Assembly (NCBI GenBank): GCA_035691365.1
Contig: DASSJE010000504.1
Span: forward strand, 1 to 46,082
Length of the DNA: 46,082 bases
Direction of reading: 5' to 3'
Source of the DNA: Terriglobia bacterium
Lineage (GTDB): Bacteria; Acidobacteriota; Terriglobia; UBA7540
The first letter of the stretch is position 1. The number at the start of each line of letters is the position of its first letter. Below, one piece after another: positions 10,837 to 20,472 of the stretch. The notes under the pieces were generated by a model. That model ran no database searches, was not told the origin of the DNA, and saw only the letters and a list, made by a program, of their open reading frames with translations. A program made the position numbers and the translations under genes.

Positions 10837-11439
10837 CTAGTTACTCTTCGCTTTTGAACTCAGGTCTTCAAGGAAATAGCCAACCAACCGTTCCCGATTC
10901 GTTTCATCCATTCGCTGCCGGATCGTGTTTCGAGCCTGTTCGAGGGCTCGCCCCACAACATAATCTTTTAACTCCAGCTTGGCTGCGTTTGTGGCAGCCT
11001 GAATTCGGGTTTTAGCGAATTCGTCAATCCTGCGGGCTTCGTCTTCCGCCGCGTGCCGAATCCTGACTTGTTCGTTTTCAATATCAGCTTCAGCCTGCTT
11101 CCTGAAAGCCTTGATTTCATCCTCGAGGCCGGCCAGCTTCTTTTCAGCTTCAGCAAGTCTGGCCTGCGATTCTTCAAGTGCTCGACGGCCTTCTTCCAAG
11201 CTCCTGCGAATCGTTTCCGAGCGTTCGTTGAAAAACGCCCGGCCTCGTTTGCAGTAGAGATAGGCCAGGAAACCGGCAAGCAAGGCAAAATTAATGATTT
11301 CCAAGAGAAGTTCGTGGTTTGATCCGCTCTCTTCCGCTTTCCCGGCTTGAGGAGCGGCCGCCAACATCGGCACGCTGAAAACCTGCACCGAACCCAGAAG
11401 ACACACTGCCAACAGACCTGCCCGCAACACCCGCCTCAT
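10837..11439 (-). CDS. atpF: Fo ATP synthase subunit b (with a signal-peptide-like N-terminal extension)
   Basis: One TM helix (LLLEIINFALLAGFLAYLY) is followed by a long charged coiled coil rich in E/A/R/K. It overlaps the upstream b' gene by 4 nt. Confidence 0.8.
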   Translation of the reverse strand: MRRVLRAGLLAVCLLGSVQVFSVPMLAAAPQAGKAEESGSNHELLLEIINFALLAGFLAYLYCKRGRAFFNERSETIRRSLEEGRRALEESQARLAEAEKKLAGLEDEIKAFRKQAEADIENEQVRIRHAAEDEARRIDEFAKTRIQAATNAAKLELKDYVVGRALEQARNTIRQRMDETNRERLVGYFLEDLSSKAKSN

Positions 11440-11912
11440 GCCCGCAAGCCTCCTGCTCCCGGCCCGGCGACATGAGGAGAAAAGAGAGCTACCGTCACCT
11501 CGTTGGCCAGTGCTTCGACTGCGGTTTTCAGTTCACTCTTCGCCTGGGCTGTTTGTTTGTCAAGGTCTGCCTGGGCATCGTTCACAGTCCCGTCAGCGCG
11601 TGCGCGCGCGGCCTGAACCATGTTGTCCCGCTCACCCAGGAACTTCCGGCGGGCTTCTTCCCGATGGCGATAGATCTCCTGACGCGCGGACTGGATGTGC
11701 TGGTCATACTCATTCAGCTTCGCGTCCGCCTGATCAATCTGCTCCTGGGCTTTAGCAAGAGCACCGCTTGTGGCATTGGCGCGGGCGTCCAGCGTCCGGG
11801 AAAGTGGCTTGAAAAACAGCCGGTTGAGGAAGGCCACCAGAAAAATGACAAAGACTATTGTCGGAATCGACTGGACAAGGAGTTGTTCAAGCTGGCCTGC
11901 TATTACGCCCAT
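11436..11912 (-). CDS. atpF2: Fo ATP synthase subunit b' (second b-type subunit)
   Basis: An N-terminal TM helix (IPTIVFVIFLVAFLNRLFFKPL) is followed by an A/Q/E/R coiled coil. It is the first gene of the operon. Confidence 0.75.
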   Translation of the reverse strand: MGVIAGQLEQLLVQSIPTIVFVIFLVAFLNRLFFKPLSRTLDARANATSGALAKAQEQIDQADAKLNEYDQHIQSARQEIYRHREEARRKFLGERDNMVQAARARADGTVNDAQADLDKQTAQAKSELKTAVEALANEVTVALFSPHVAGPGAGGLRA

Positions 11913-11963
11913 AAGTGTCAGTCAGTTATACGGATTGGAAATTCCGTGATTACAAAAGGTTTA

Positions 11964-11993
11964 AATTTAGCACGGGGCCCTTCCGCATGTCAA
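11964..11993 (-). promoter_or_regulatory. Candidate promoter of the atp operon (TTGACA - 18 nt - TAAATT)
   Basis: On the minus strand, TTGACA lies at 11993-11988 and TAAATT at 11969-11964, about 50 nt upstream of the b' start. Confidence 0.4.
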
Positions 11994-12029
11994 GAAAAGC
12001 GATGCTCAGCAGCCCCAAATTGAGGCACT

Positions 12030-13409
12030 CTATTCGTATCGGACGAAGCCGGAATTGATGACCCCGTGCGGGTCGAATTTTTTCTTGCACTGCACGACAT
12101 CGGCCCACTTGTCGCCGTAATGGGCCTTCCATTGCGCGGCATTGAAGGCAATCCATCCGGAAAGGTAACGTTTCCCTCCCATCATGGAGGCGGCCTGGCT
12201 GGCCATATTCAAACGCGGAAGAACTTCCTCAATGAAGCGATGAGGAACGGCAGGAAGAATACCGAAGCCCATCAGAAATTGCCCGGACGGACGCATAAAC
12301 AAAGGAACCGACGAAGAATTGCCACGGGCCGGCCACAGCAAAATATGCCCTCCGGCAATCGCCTGCGGAGGCAGATTCCCGAGCACCTGCCCGATGTAGA
12401 GCGGGGTTGTCTGCCACGGCAAAACGCATTCCATCCACGGATGAGCATATTCCCAAAATCCGGCGCGCTTCCAGATGGCGAAAAGGGCGTCAAGGCGCGC
12501 GTAGAAATCGATAAGATCGCCGTCTTCCGTGTGGACATGCTTATAGAACTTGAGCCCGGCCAGCTTTTCGTCGCTCGCGACGTCGGATTTACCGTCAAGT
12601 TCGATTGTCGCGTGCAGCGGATAGAACCACTCAGCGAATGCCTGCCGCGTGTCGCCCACCTGCTTAAAACCTTGCGGGCAGGGGGTACACCAGGATTCGA
12701 GAAAATCAAACCTTTCGTCATCCATCACCGTTTCCAGGTCCTTCATCAGGACGGCCAGGTTGTCATAAAGAAGATAATAGGAGCGGATGCGCGGCAGATG
12801 AGGACGAATCCGGAGCTTGGCCCTGGTGATGGCCCCAAACTGGCCCATGCCCGCCCTGACGGCGTCAAACAGGTCCTTGTTTTGCTGTTCTGAGCAGGTG
12901 ACGATTTCTCCTTCGCCCGTCACCACTTCAAGTTCCAGGCAATTATCGGCCTGGGTCCCGTGCCGCCAGGAAGCAACACCCAACCCTCCAGTGGAGAGCG
13001 TTCCGCCGATCGTCACGTCCAGATTGTTGGTCAGCACGGGAGGCGACAGCCGCTGGGGGGCAAGATGCTGCACCAGATCCCGCCACTTCAGGCCCGCCTG
13101 GCAGGTAACACTTCCTTTCCCGGGATTGACCTCGGCGATGTCCTTTAGCGAAGACATATCCAGCACAATCTGGTCGGAAAGCGACTGCCCGGTCTGGGAA
13201 TGGCCGCCGCCGCGGGTCGAAACCGAAAGTCCGTTGCGGACCGCAAATTTGACGACGCTCGCCACATCCTGACTCGACGCCGGCCTCACCACTGCAGCAG
13301 GCTTCCGCACGATAACGCGGCCAAAATCCGTTGACACCGCATCGCGTGACGCATCATCCACAAGCACCTGCCCGGTAATTTCCCGGGAGAGATCGGCAGT
13401 CCAATTCAT
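12030..13409 (-). CDS. FAD-linked oxidase, cytokinin dehydrogenase (CKX)-like, VAO/PCMH family
   Basis: STRGGGHSQTGQS is a covalent-FAD histidine motif. LELEVVTGEGEIVTCSEQQNKDLFDAVRAGMGQFGAITRAKLRI closely resembles the plant CKX block as I remember it. The C-terminus has KKKFDPHGVINSG. The start is taken at the ATG at 13409, with GGAGG 7 nt upstream. Confidence 0.85.
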   Translation of the reverse strand: MNWTADLSREITGQVLVDDASRDAVSTDFGRVIVRKPAAVVRPASSQDVASVVKFAVRNGLSVSTRGGGHSQTGQSLSDQIVLDMSSLKDIAEVNPGKGSVTCQAGLKWRDLVQHLAPQRLSPPVLTNNLDVTIGGTLSTGGLGVASWRHGTQADNCLELEVVTGEGEIVTCSEQQNKDLFDAVRAGMGQFGAITRAKLRIRPHLPRIRSYYLLYDNLAVLMKDLETVMDDERFDFLESWCTPCPQGFKQVGDTRQAFAEWFYPLHATIELDGKSDVASDEKLAGLKFYKHVHTEDGDLIDFYARLDALFAIWKRAGFWEYAHPWMECVLPWQTTPLYIGQVLGNLPPQAIAGGHILLWPARGNSSSVPLFMRPSGQFLMGFGILPAVPHRFIEEVLPRLNMASQAASMMGGKRYLSGWIAFNAAQWKAHYGDKWADVVQCKKKFDPHGVINSGFVRYE

Positions 13410-13783
13410 CACTTAGCCTCCAAAATGGATTTCAAGGATTTGATCAGCCCAGCGCGGCGCAGCCCAATTCTTGAAACTATCACAGACTCTGCAAAAGCCA
13501 CAATCCCGGTCCGGTCGGGGAACGGCCCACCACCGTCGGACCTCCGGCGTCCGTCCTGATTTGGCCCTCGAAACACTTGCCGTTCCATGACGCCGGCAGC
13601 CGGAGTAAAGCCGCCCTATGATAAAGTAAAGATTTGGCATTTATTATTGCGCGAGGTCTTACCTGGCTCGATGTGAGCAATGAGATAGGAACGGTGACTT
13701 GTTTGCTCGCTTGCCCTCATGTAAGATTTTGCGTTATGACAAATTGTCGGCTGTGATGAGAGTGAAATGACCTGCGGGGAGGT

Positions 13784-15199
13784 GTGATTTTGGCTGAAAC
13801 GCCGAAGTACGATATTGCAGTGATTGGCAGCGGTCCGGGCGGATATGTTGGAGCGATTCGGGCCGGCCAATTGGGATTGAAAACGGTCCTGATCGAAAAG
13901 GACAACAAATTCGGCGGAACATGCCTCCACGTTGGGTGCATCCCGACCAAGGACCTGTTGCTGAACGCTGACGTTTATGATTACTTCAAGCAGGCAAAAG
14001 AATATGGCATCGAGTGTAAGGGCTATTCTATCGATTGGGCCGCCATCCAGGCCCGTCAGAACAAGGTAGTCACCAAGCTGGCCAAGGGAGTTGAATTCCT
14101 GCTGAAGAAAAACAAGGTTGAAATTGTGCAGGGCTATGCCCAGCTTTCCGCACCGGGCCGGATCACCGTGACCGATTCCGCCAAAAAAACGCGCGAAATC
14201 CAGGCAAAAAACAGTGTCCTGGCAACGGGTTCCGAAGCCAGGATGCTGCCGGGGCTTGAGCCGGACGCCAAAACCATCCTGACGAATAAAGAAATTCTAA
14301 ATCTCAAGAAGCTGCCCAAGTCCCTGGTTGTCATCGGCTCTGGGGCTGTCGGCGTGGAGTTTGGCTCGATCTTCAAGCGGTTTGGGACCGATGTGACCAT
14401 CATCGAGATGTTGCCTCGCATCGTTCCTCTGGAAGACGAGGAAGTTTCGGCTACGCTCGAGAAATCGTTCAAAAAACAAGGTATTGCCGTTCATACGCAG
14501 GCGAAAGTTGATAAAGTTTCAAAAACATCCAAAGGCGTGACGGTTGATTTCAAAGACGCTGAGGGCAGAGTCCAGAAGCTTGAGGCAGAGACCTGTCTGG
14601 TGGCTGTGGGACGTGCCCCGAACACGCAGAACATCGGTCTGGAAAAAACCCGCGTGAGACTTGAACGTGGGTTCGTGAAAGTCGATCCTTACATGCGCAC
14701 GGACGAGCCCGGGGTTTATGCAATTGGCGACATTGTGGCCGGGAGTCCGCTGTTAGCTCACGTAGGTTCCATGGAGGGGATCGTCGCCGTGACGCACGCT
14801 GCAGGCAAACCGGCGGAACCGATCAACTACCGCCAGATTCCGAATTGCACCTATTGCGAGCCGGAAATCGCCAGCACCGGGCTCACCGAACTCCAGGCGC
14901 GCGAGGCCGGGCACAAAGTGAAAGTAGGCAAGTTCCCCTTTGTGGGAAACAGCAAGGCCACCATCCTGGGTATGACGGAAGGTTTTATCAAGATTGTCAG
15001 CGACGATCGTTACGGCGAGATCCTCGGCGTCCATATGATCGGGCCTCGCGTGACCGAAATGATCGCTGAGGCGGTGGTTGTGATGCGCCTGGAAGGAACG
15101 GTTGAAGATCTGGAGCGCACCATCCATCCGCATCCGACTCTCACAGAAGCTTTTCCTGAAGCCGCCCACGCGGTCCATGGGATGGCCATCCATATTTAG
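13784..15199 (+). CDS. lpdA: Dihydrolipoyl dehydrogenase (E3)
   Basis: YDIAVIGSGPGGYVGAIRAGQLG is the FAD site. GGTCLHVGCIPTK is the redox-active disulfide. The C-terminus has HPHPTLTE. GTG start. Confidence 0.95.
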   Translation: MILAETPKYDIAVIGSGPGGYVGAIRAGQLGLKTVLIEKDNKFGGTCLHVGCIPTKDLLLNADVYDYFKQAKEYGIECKGYSIDWAAIQARQNKVVTKLAKGVEFLLKKNKVEIVQGYAQLSAPGRITVTDSAKKTREIQAKNSVLATGSEARMLPGLEPDAKTILTNKEILNLKKLPKSLVVIGSGAVGVEFGSIFKRFGTDVTIIEMLPRIVPLEDEEVSATLEKSFKKQGIAVHTQAKVDKVSKTSKGVTVDFKDAEGRVQKLEAETCLVAVGRAPNTQNIGLEKTRVRLERGFVKVDPYMRTDEPGVYAIGDIVAGSPLLAHVGSMEGIVAVTHAAGKPAEPINYRQIPNCTYCEPEIASTGLTELQAREAGHKVKVGKFPFVGNSKATILGMTEGFIKIVSDDRYGEILGVHMIGPRVTEMIAEAVVVMRLEGTVEDLERTIHPHPTLTEAFPEAAHAVHGMAIHI

Positions 15200-15271
15200 C
15201 TGGATGCGTCATCTTGCCGGCCGGCACATGGCCTCGGACTTTTTCCGGCAGGGGGACGCGCACCAAGCCAG

Positions 15272-15967
15272 ATGATCTGCCAGGTCGAATTGCCGGGAGT
15301 TGTGGGTTATGAAGAGAGCCTGCGCCTCCAGCGCGAAAGGGTTGCGGCGCGCAAGGCCGGCGACATCCCCGACACGCTCATTCTGCTGGAACATCCTCCG
15401 GTTTACACGCTGGGACGCAACGCCAATCGCGAAAATATTCTCATCTCTGCAGAGCGCCTGCATCGACTGGGCGCCGAGGTGTTTGAAACCGACCGCGGGG
15501 GTGATGTCACCTTCCACGGACCGGGCCAGATTGTCGGCTACCCCATCCTCGACCTCAGCCGGCACCGGCGCGATCTTGCCTGGTACATGCATTCACTCGA
15601 GGAAGTTTTCATTCGCGTGGCCGGCGAGTATGGGATTCAGGCAGGAAGGATTGCCGGCGCGCGCGGCGTTTGGGTTGGTGATAACAAGCTTGTTGCCATG
15701 GGCGTGCATGTGTCGCGGTGGGTCACGTCCCATGGATTCGCTTTCAACGTAAACACGGACCTGCGCTTCTTCGACTGGATTGTGCCTTGCGGCCTTCACG
15801 GCAAAGGAGTGACGTCGATCGAGAAGATCCTGGGCAGGCCCGTTCCCATGGGGGATGCAACGGATTGCGTCGTCAGCAACTTTGGTGCAGTTTTTGACAC
15901 AGAGATGAAGATGCCCGAACAGCAGGCAGCAACGGCAGGTCCGAAGGCAAGCCCTGTTCATCCGTAA
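15272..15967 (+). CDS. lipB: Octanoyltransferase (lipoyl(octanoyl) transferase)
   Basis: LLEHPPVYTLGRNA, RGGDVTFHGPGQIVGYPILDL and KLVAMGVHVSRWVTSHGFAFNV are LipB signatures. Confidence 0.9.
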   Translation: MICQVELPGVVGYEESLRLQRERVAARKAGDIPDTLILLEHPPVYTLGRNANRENILISAERLHRLGAEVFETDRGGDVTFHGPGQIVGYPILDLSRHRRDLAWYMHSLEEVFIRVAGEYGIQAGRIAGARGVWVGDNKLVAMGVHVSRWVTSHGFAFNVNTDLRFFDWIVPCGLHGKGVTSIEKILGRPVPMGDATDCVVSNFGAVFDTEMKMPEQQAATAGPKASPVHP

Positions 15968-15994
15968 AGCTCAAAATCCTTCAACTGACGAGAT

Positions 15995-17038
15995 ATGGCT
16001 CAAGCGCGGCCCACGAAAGGCAGAAAGAAGACCACGTCCCCCGACGCTCAAACTCTGGAGCGCATGCTCTATTACCTGAAACTCACTCGCGAGGCCGAGA
16101 CGCGAATTGAACAGGTCCTCTACCGCCAGGGGAAAATTGTTGGCGGCGTTTATGTCGGCCGGGGCCAGGAAGCCATCGGTGTGGGATCGGCCGTTCAACT
16201 TGTGGACGGCGACGTGGTCCTGCCCAGCCACCGGGATTTTTCCTCCTTCCTCATCCGCGGCTTTTCTCTCCGGGAGATTTTCTGCAACTGGATGGCTCGC
16301 AGCAATGGACCTTCCCGCGGCCGGGAAAACACGCTCCACATTGGCGATATGGAGAGAAAGGTCATTCCGATAATCTCACACCTCGGCGATACGGGCCCCG
16401 TGGCGTGCGGGGTGGGAATGGTCTTAAAGTGGCGCAAAAACGGAAATGTTGCCCTCGTCCACTTTGGTGAAGGGACCACCAGCCGGGGCGATGTTCACGA
16501 AGCAATGAACATGGCCGCCGTGATGAAGCTTCCGGTGATTTTTATCTGCAATAACAACGCCTATGCCTATTCGACGCCAACCGATAAACAGTACGCCATC
16601 AAGGACCTTGCTTCGCGCGGGGCGGCTTATGGCATGCCGGGCGTGAAAGTTGACGGCAACGACGTGCTGGCGGTCTATTCCTCGGTGGAGAACGCCATCC
16701 TTCAGGCGCGGGCCGGACGCGGCCCCAGCTTTATCGAATGCAAGACTTTCCGGATGACCGGCCATTCCGCACATGACGCCGCGGAATACGTTCCCGAAAA
16801 GCTTTTTGCCCAATGGAAGAAAAAAGACCCCATCGCGCGATTGAAAAAATTTGTGCTGGCAAAGAAGATTCTCAGCAGGAAGCAGATTGACCATCTGGAT
16901 GAAGAGGTCAGGAAGCACGTCGATGACGCTGTGGCCCATGCCGAAGCCAGCCCTTTTCCCGAAGGCTCAGACGCCCGTGAAGGCGTTTACTGTGATGATA
17001 ACTGCTGGTGGAGAACCACGCCTCAAGTGAATGAATAA
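15995..17038 (+). CDS. 2-oxoacid dehydrogenase E1 component, alpha subunit (TPP-dependent; pyruvate or branched-chain specificity unresolved)
   Basis: Contains the TPP-binding GEGTTSRGDVHEAMNMAAVMKLPVIFICNNNAYA and the phospho-loop-like TFRMTGHSAHD. Confidence 0.9.
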   Translation: MAQARPTKGRKKTTSPDAQTLERMLYYLKLTREAETRIEQVLYRQGKIVGGVYVGRGQEAIGVGSAVQLVDGDVVLPSHRDFSSFLIRGFSLREIFCNWMARSNGPSRGRENTLHIGDMERKVIPIISHLGDTGPVACGVGMVLKWRKNGNVALVHFGEGTTSRGDVHEAMNMAAVMKLPVIFICNNNAYAYSTPTDKQYAIKDLASRGAAYGMPGVKVDGNDVLAVYSSVENAILQARAGRGPSFIECKTFRMTGHSAHDAAEYVPEKLFAQWKKKDPIARLKKFVLAKKILSRKQIDHLDEEVRKHVDDAVAHAEASPFPEGSDAREGVYCDDNCWWRTTPQVNE

Positions 17039-18017
17039 TTCCATGCCGCAATTGACTTATCTTGAAGCCATTCGACAAGGGATTTGGGAAGAGATGGAGC
17101 GCGACCCCTCCGTATTCCTCCTCGGTGAGGATATCGGATCTTATGGCGGAGCGTTTAAAGTAACCGCCGGCATGCTGGAGAAGTTCGGTGAAGACCGCGT
17201 GATCGATACTCCCATTTCCGAATCGGCCATAGTGGGCGCAGCGGTCGGCGCGGCTCTGATGGGCATGCGGCCGGTGGCGGAAATGCAGTTTATGGATTTC
17301 ATCTCCTGCGGGCTCGACCAGATTGTCAATATGGCTGCGAAAATTCACTACCGCTGGGGCGCGGCCGTGCCCATCGTGATCCGGGGGCCCTCCGGCGCGG
17401 GTGTGCACGGCGGTCCTTTCCACTCGCAGTCGAACGAAATGTGGTTTGTGCACACGCCGGGACTGAAGGTGGTGGCTCCTGCGACGGCCTATGATGCCAA
17501 GGGCCTGATCAAGGCGTCGATTCGCGACAATAACCCCGTGATTTTTTATGAGCACAAATATCTTTACCGGCGTGTGCGGGAGGAAGTGCCCGATGAGGAT
17601 TTTATCGTCCCCCTCGGTAAAGCGGCTGTTCGCAGGGAGGGCAGCAATATTGCGGTCATTACCTACGGGGCCATGGTCTGGACGGCGCTGGAGGCAGCGG
17701 AGTTGCTTGCCGCGGAAGGCATCTCGCTCGAGGTCGTTGACCTCCGAACACTGTTGCCGTACGATGAGCAGTGTGTGCTCTCCAGCGTGCGCAAATGCAG
17801 CAAGGTGATTTTGCTGCATGAAGATACGCGAGTTGGCGGCCTGGCAGGAGAACTTGCGGCAATGATCGCCGAAAAGGCCTTTGAGGACCTGGATGGCCCG
17901 GTCGTGCGGGTCACAGCGCCGGACACGCCTGTTCCCTTCTCGCCTCCGCTGGAAGATTACTTTCTGCCCAACGTTCAAAAAATTGCAGATGCAGCACGGC
18001 AGCTTGCAGGCTATTAG
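17031..18017 (+). CDS. 2-oxoacid dehydrogenase E1 component, beta subunit
   Basis: LTYLEAIRQGIWEEM, GEDIGSYGGAFKVT and VIDTPISESAIVGAAVGAA form the canonical E1-beta N-terminus. It overlaps the alpha stop. Confidence 0.93.
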   Translation: MNNSMPQLTYLEAIRQGIWEEMERDPSVFLLGEDIGSYGGAFKVTAGMLEKFGEDRVIDTPISESAIVGAAVGAALMGMRPVAEMQFMDFISCGLDQIVNMAAKIHYRWGAAVPIVIRGPSGAGVHGGPFHSQSNEMWFVHTPGLKVVAPATAYDAKGLIKASIRDNNPVIFYEHKYLYRRVREEVPDEDFIVPLGKAAVRREGSNIAVITYGAMVWTALEAAELLAAEGISLEVVDLRTLLPYDEQCVLSSVRKCSKVILLHEDTRVGGLAGELAAMIAEKAFEDLDGPVVRVTAPDTPVPFSPPLEDYFLPNVQKIADAARQLAGY

Positions 18018-18064
18018 GATTAGCGAAGTAGCTGCCTGTACCGGAATTTACCCCGAGGATCGTG

Positions 18065-19360
18065 ATGCCGACCAATGTTGTCATGCCCCAGATGGGAGAA
18101 AGCGTCGCCGAAGGGACCATCACCAAATGGCTGAAAAGGCCGGGTGATCACGTAGAGCGTGACGAGCCTCTTTTTGAGATCACGACAGACAAGGTGGATG
18201 CTGAGATTCCCTCCCCTGCTGCGGGGGTCCTTGCAAAAATTCTGGCCGCAGAAAATGAAACCGTGGCCGTCAATACAGTGGTTGCGATAATTGATGGACA
18301 AATGCCGGCCGAGGCGGCAGATACTGCGCGGGGAAGCTCAGTCGGTCCTACCCCAAAGGCGGAAATCACTACGCAGGCCCATCCAGCGCCGGAGGTCGCA
18401 CAGGTGCCACCCATTCCGGCGAACGGAGCGGCGGGACAGGTTCGACCGGGTGTAAAGCTCCGCTCCTCACCTCTTGTCCGGCGGATCGCTCGCGAGCACA
18501 ACGTGGACCTCTCACGTGTAAAAGGAACGGGACTGGGAGGCCGGATCAGCAAGAAAGATATCTTGAATTTTCTTGAGCACCGGACGCCGGCCACGGCTGA
18601 AACCCCTGCCGCGAGGCCGCCTGCTCCCGGCAAATCCGCTGTCTATGGACAAACTGTTACGTTCAGCGGGCCTACGCATGTGACCGCCATGACTCCTCAA
18701 CGGCGGCTGATTGCCGAACACATGATCGCCAGCAAGAAAACCTCAGCGCATGTGACCACCATTTTCGAAGCCGATATGACCAGTATCGTCCAAACCCGGG
18801 AACGGATGGCCAAAGAGTTTGAGCGCAGCCAGGGCCTGAAACTTACGTACACACCATTCATCGCGCGCGCCGCGGTGGAAACCATCAAGCAATTCCCGAT
18901 TTTCAATTCTTCGGTCGAGGGGACCAACATTATCTACAAGCAGGCGATCAACCTCGGGATCGCTGTGGCGATCGAGACAGGATTGATTGTCCCGGTCATC
19001 AAGCATGCAGAAGAAAAGGACTTTCTGGGAATGGCCCGTGCTGTTCAGGACCTTGCCAGCCGCGCGCGCTCGAAGCAACTGAACGTGGAAGAGGTGCAGG
19101 AAGGCACATTTACATTGACGAATCCCGGCATTTTCGGGAGCCTTTTTGGAACGCCGATTATCCACCAGCCTCAGGTTGCCATCCTGGGCGTTGGAGTGAT
19201 TGAAAAACGGCCCGTCATTCGTAACGACGCGATTGCGATCCGCTCGATGGCTTACCTGATGCTGACATTTGACCACCGGATCATCGACGGCGCCGTCGCG
19301 GACCAGTTTATGGCCTGCCTGAAGAGCTGCCTCGAAACCTGGCAGGAGCCGCTCTTCTAG
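18065..19360 (+). CDS. Dihydrolipoamide acyltransferase (E2)
   Basis: Three parts are recognisable: a lipoyl domain (MPQMGESVAEGTITKW...ITTDKVDAEIPSP), a peripheral subunit-binding domain (SSPLVRRIAREHNVDLSRVKGTGLGGRISKKDI) and a catalytic DHRIIDG. The ATG at 18065 has GAGGA 5 nt upstream; a GTG at 18062 is also possible. Confidence 0.93.
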   Translation: MPTNVVMPQMGESVAEGTITKWLKRPGDHVERDEPLFEITTDKVDAEIPSPAAGVLAKILAAENETVAVNTVVAIIDGQMPAEAADTARGSSVGPTPKAEITTQAHPAPEVAQVPPIPANGAAGQVRPGVKLRSSPLVRRIAREHNVDLSRVKGTGLGGRISKKDILNFLEHRTPATAETPAARPPAPGKSAVYGQTVTFSGPTHVTAMTPQRRLIAEHMIASKKTSAHVTTIFEADMTSIVQTRERMAKEFERSQGLKLTYTPFIARAAVETIKQFPIFNSSVEGTNIIYKQAINLGIAVAIETGLIVPVIKHAEEKDFLGMARAVQDLASRARSKQLNVEEVQEGTFTLTNPGIFGSLFGTPIIHQPQVAILGVGVIEKRPVIRNDAIAIRSMAYLMLTFDHRIIDGAVADQFMACLKSCLETWQEPLF

Positions 19361-19394
19361 AGATCTCGCACTCAAGCGTCATCGCAAAATGCAC

Positions 19395-20423
19395 TCATTG
19401 GGGTTGGGGATTCGCCAGCCGGTCAACCAGGCTATTCACATCATCCTGGCAAGCAGGGCCGTCAAACCCTTGTTGCTTCATTTGAGGAAGGAACCGGGCG
19501 AGGTTCTGCCCGAAGAAGGCCTTGCCGCGATCGGGTTGGCCCAGCACGGCATACTGTGCGGCAAGCGTCTGCAGTAGACTGAGCGAGGGGTCCTTTTCGC
19601 GGGACCACCTGGCCAGGTTCTCTCGAAGGGCTCCTTGCAGGAAATCGCTGAATTTCCCGGTCTCGTCCACATACTGGCCACCGGAAAAGGAATAAATGGA
19701 AATAACGTCAGCAGCGTCCTCCCTCGGCCCGCATGCCGTCACCTGGGGCCGGTGCACTACAAGCACCCGGATAGAGCCGCGGCCAATCCTTCGAATTTCC
19801 AGGCCTTCGAAAGGCCATCCCTGAAGCCCGTCGATATGGCCAATAACCTTCAGAGAATTCTTTTCGACCTCCACAACGTTCACAGTAGTGCAGCAACGGT
19901 TGCCGCCTGAATAAAGTCCAACCGCCAGGTCGGGCTTATGGTCGCCGGAGAGGTCGCGAAGATAGACTGGCCGTGGCCTGCCATTCTGGGCCGGCAATCC
20001 TCGCCGGCCGGCAAAATCATAAAGAGCAGTCCATGCTTCCCGCGCGCCCTCCAGCGTATCCACCTGGTAAGCAATCTGGTTTTCGTCGTTGTAGATGACC
20101 AGACGCCCCGGAGCAAAACCCAGGCTGACGGAATTGGATCGATAGAGAGCTGCGCGGTACTGCCGGTCAAGAGTGAAAGTGTTGATTCGTTCGAAACCTG
20201 GAATATCCGGGTACGCTCCGTGAGACCCTCCTGTCCCCAGCACGTACTGCTCTGCGGAGCTTGCCGCATCCTTCAGGCTGGAGGGCTTCCAGTCACGCTG
20301 AAGCCCCAGAACAAAAAAGAACACAAGGATCGCCAGCAGAGTCGAAATGATGAATTCACCCTTGCGCATCAGAGGGAGAATCTCCGGAAAGTTTCTGGCT
20401 CGCTCTGAAGCCTCATAACTCAC
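19395..20423 (-). CDS. Membrane-anchored hypothetical protein (one N-terminal TM helix, FG-GAP/VCBS-like DLSGDHKPDLAVG motif)
   Basis: A 342-aa ORF with sensible composition and the TM helix IISTLLAILVFFFVLGL. I recognise no family. Confidence 0.6.
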   Translation of the reverse strand: MSYEASERARNFPEILPLMRKGEFIISTLLAILVFFFVLGLQRDWKPSSLKDAASSAEQYVLGTGGSHGAYPDIPGFERINTFTLDRQYRAALYRSNSVSLGFAPGRLVIYNDENQIAYQVDTLEGAREAWTALYDFAGRRGLPAQNGRPRPVYLRDLSGDHKPDLAVGLYSGGNRCCTTVNVVEVEKNSLKVIGHIDGLQGWPFEGLEIRRIGRGSIRVLVVHRPQVTACGPREDAADVISIYSFSGGQYVDETGKFSDFLQGALRENLARWSREKDPSLSLLQTLAAQYAVLGQPDRGKAFFGQNLARFLPQMKQQGFDGPACQDDVNSLVDRLANPQPQ

Positions 20424-20472
20424 TATTTAATCATGGGCAGCAAAGATTGTCATAAAACAGGAAGGCTTGCAA

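Noticed and set aside
13410-13783. 370-bp divergent intergenic region examined for an ncRNA or riboswitch (SRP, 6S, RNase P, tmRNA signatures)
   Set aside because: I found only short imperfect stems (GGTCCG-N23-CGGACC) and an AT-rich patch, and no conserved ncRNA signature sequence. It is most simply two divergent promoter regions. A covariance-model scan would be needed to say more.
16908-17978. 356-aa minus-strand ORF across the E1-beta gene. Similar long antisense ORFs occur at 27448-28182, 26692-27264, 40520-41218 and 43702-44256.
   Set aside because: All lie opposite genes with strong family signatures and show the R/H/G-rich composition of antisense frames in GC-rich DNA.
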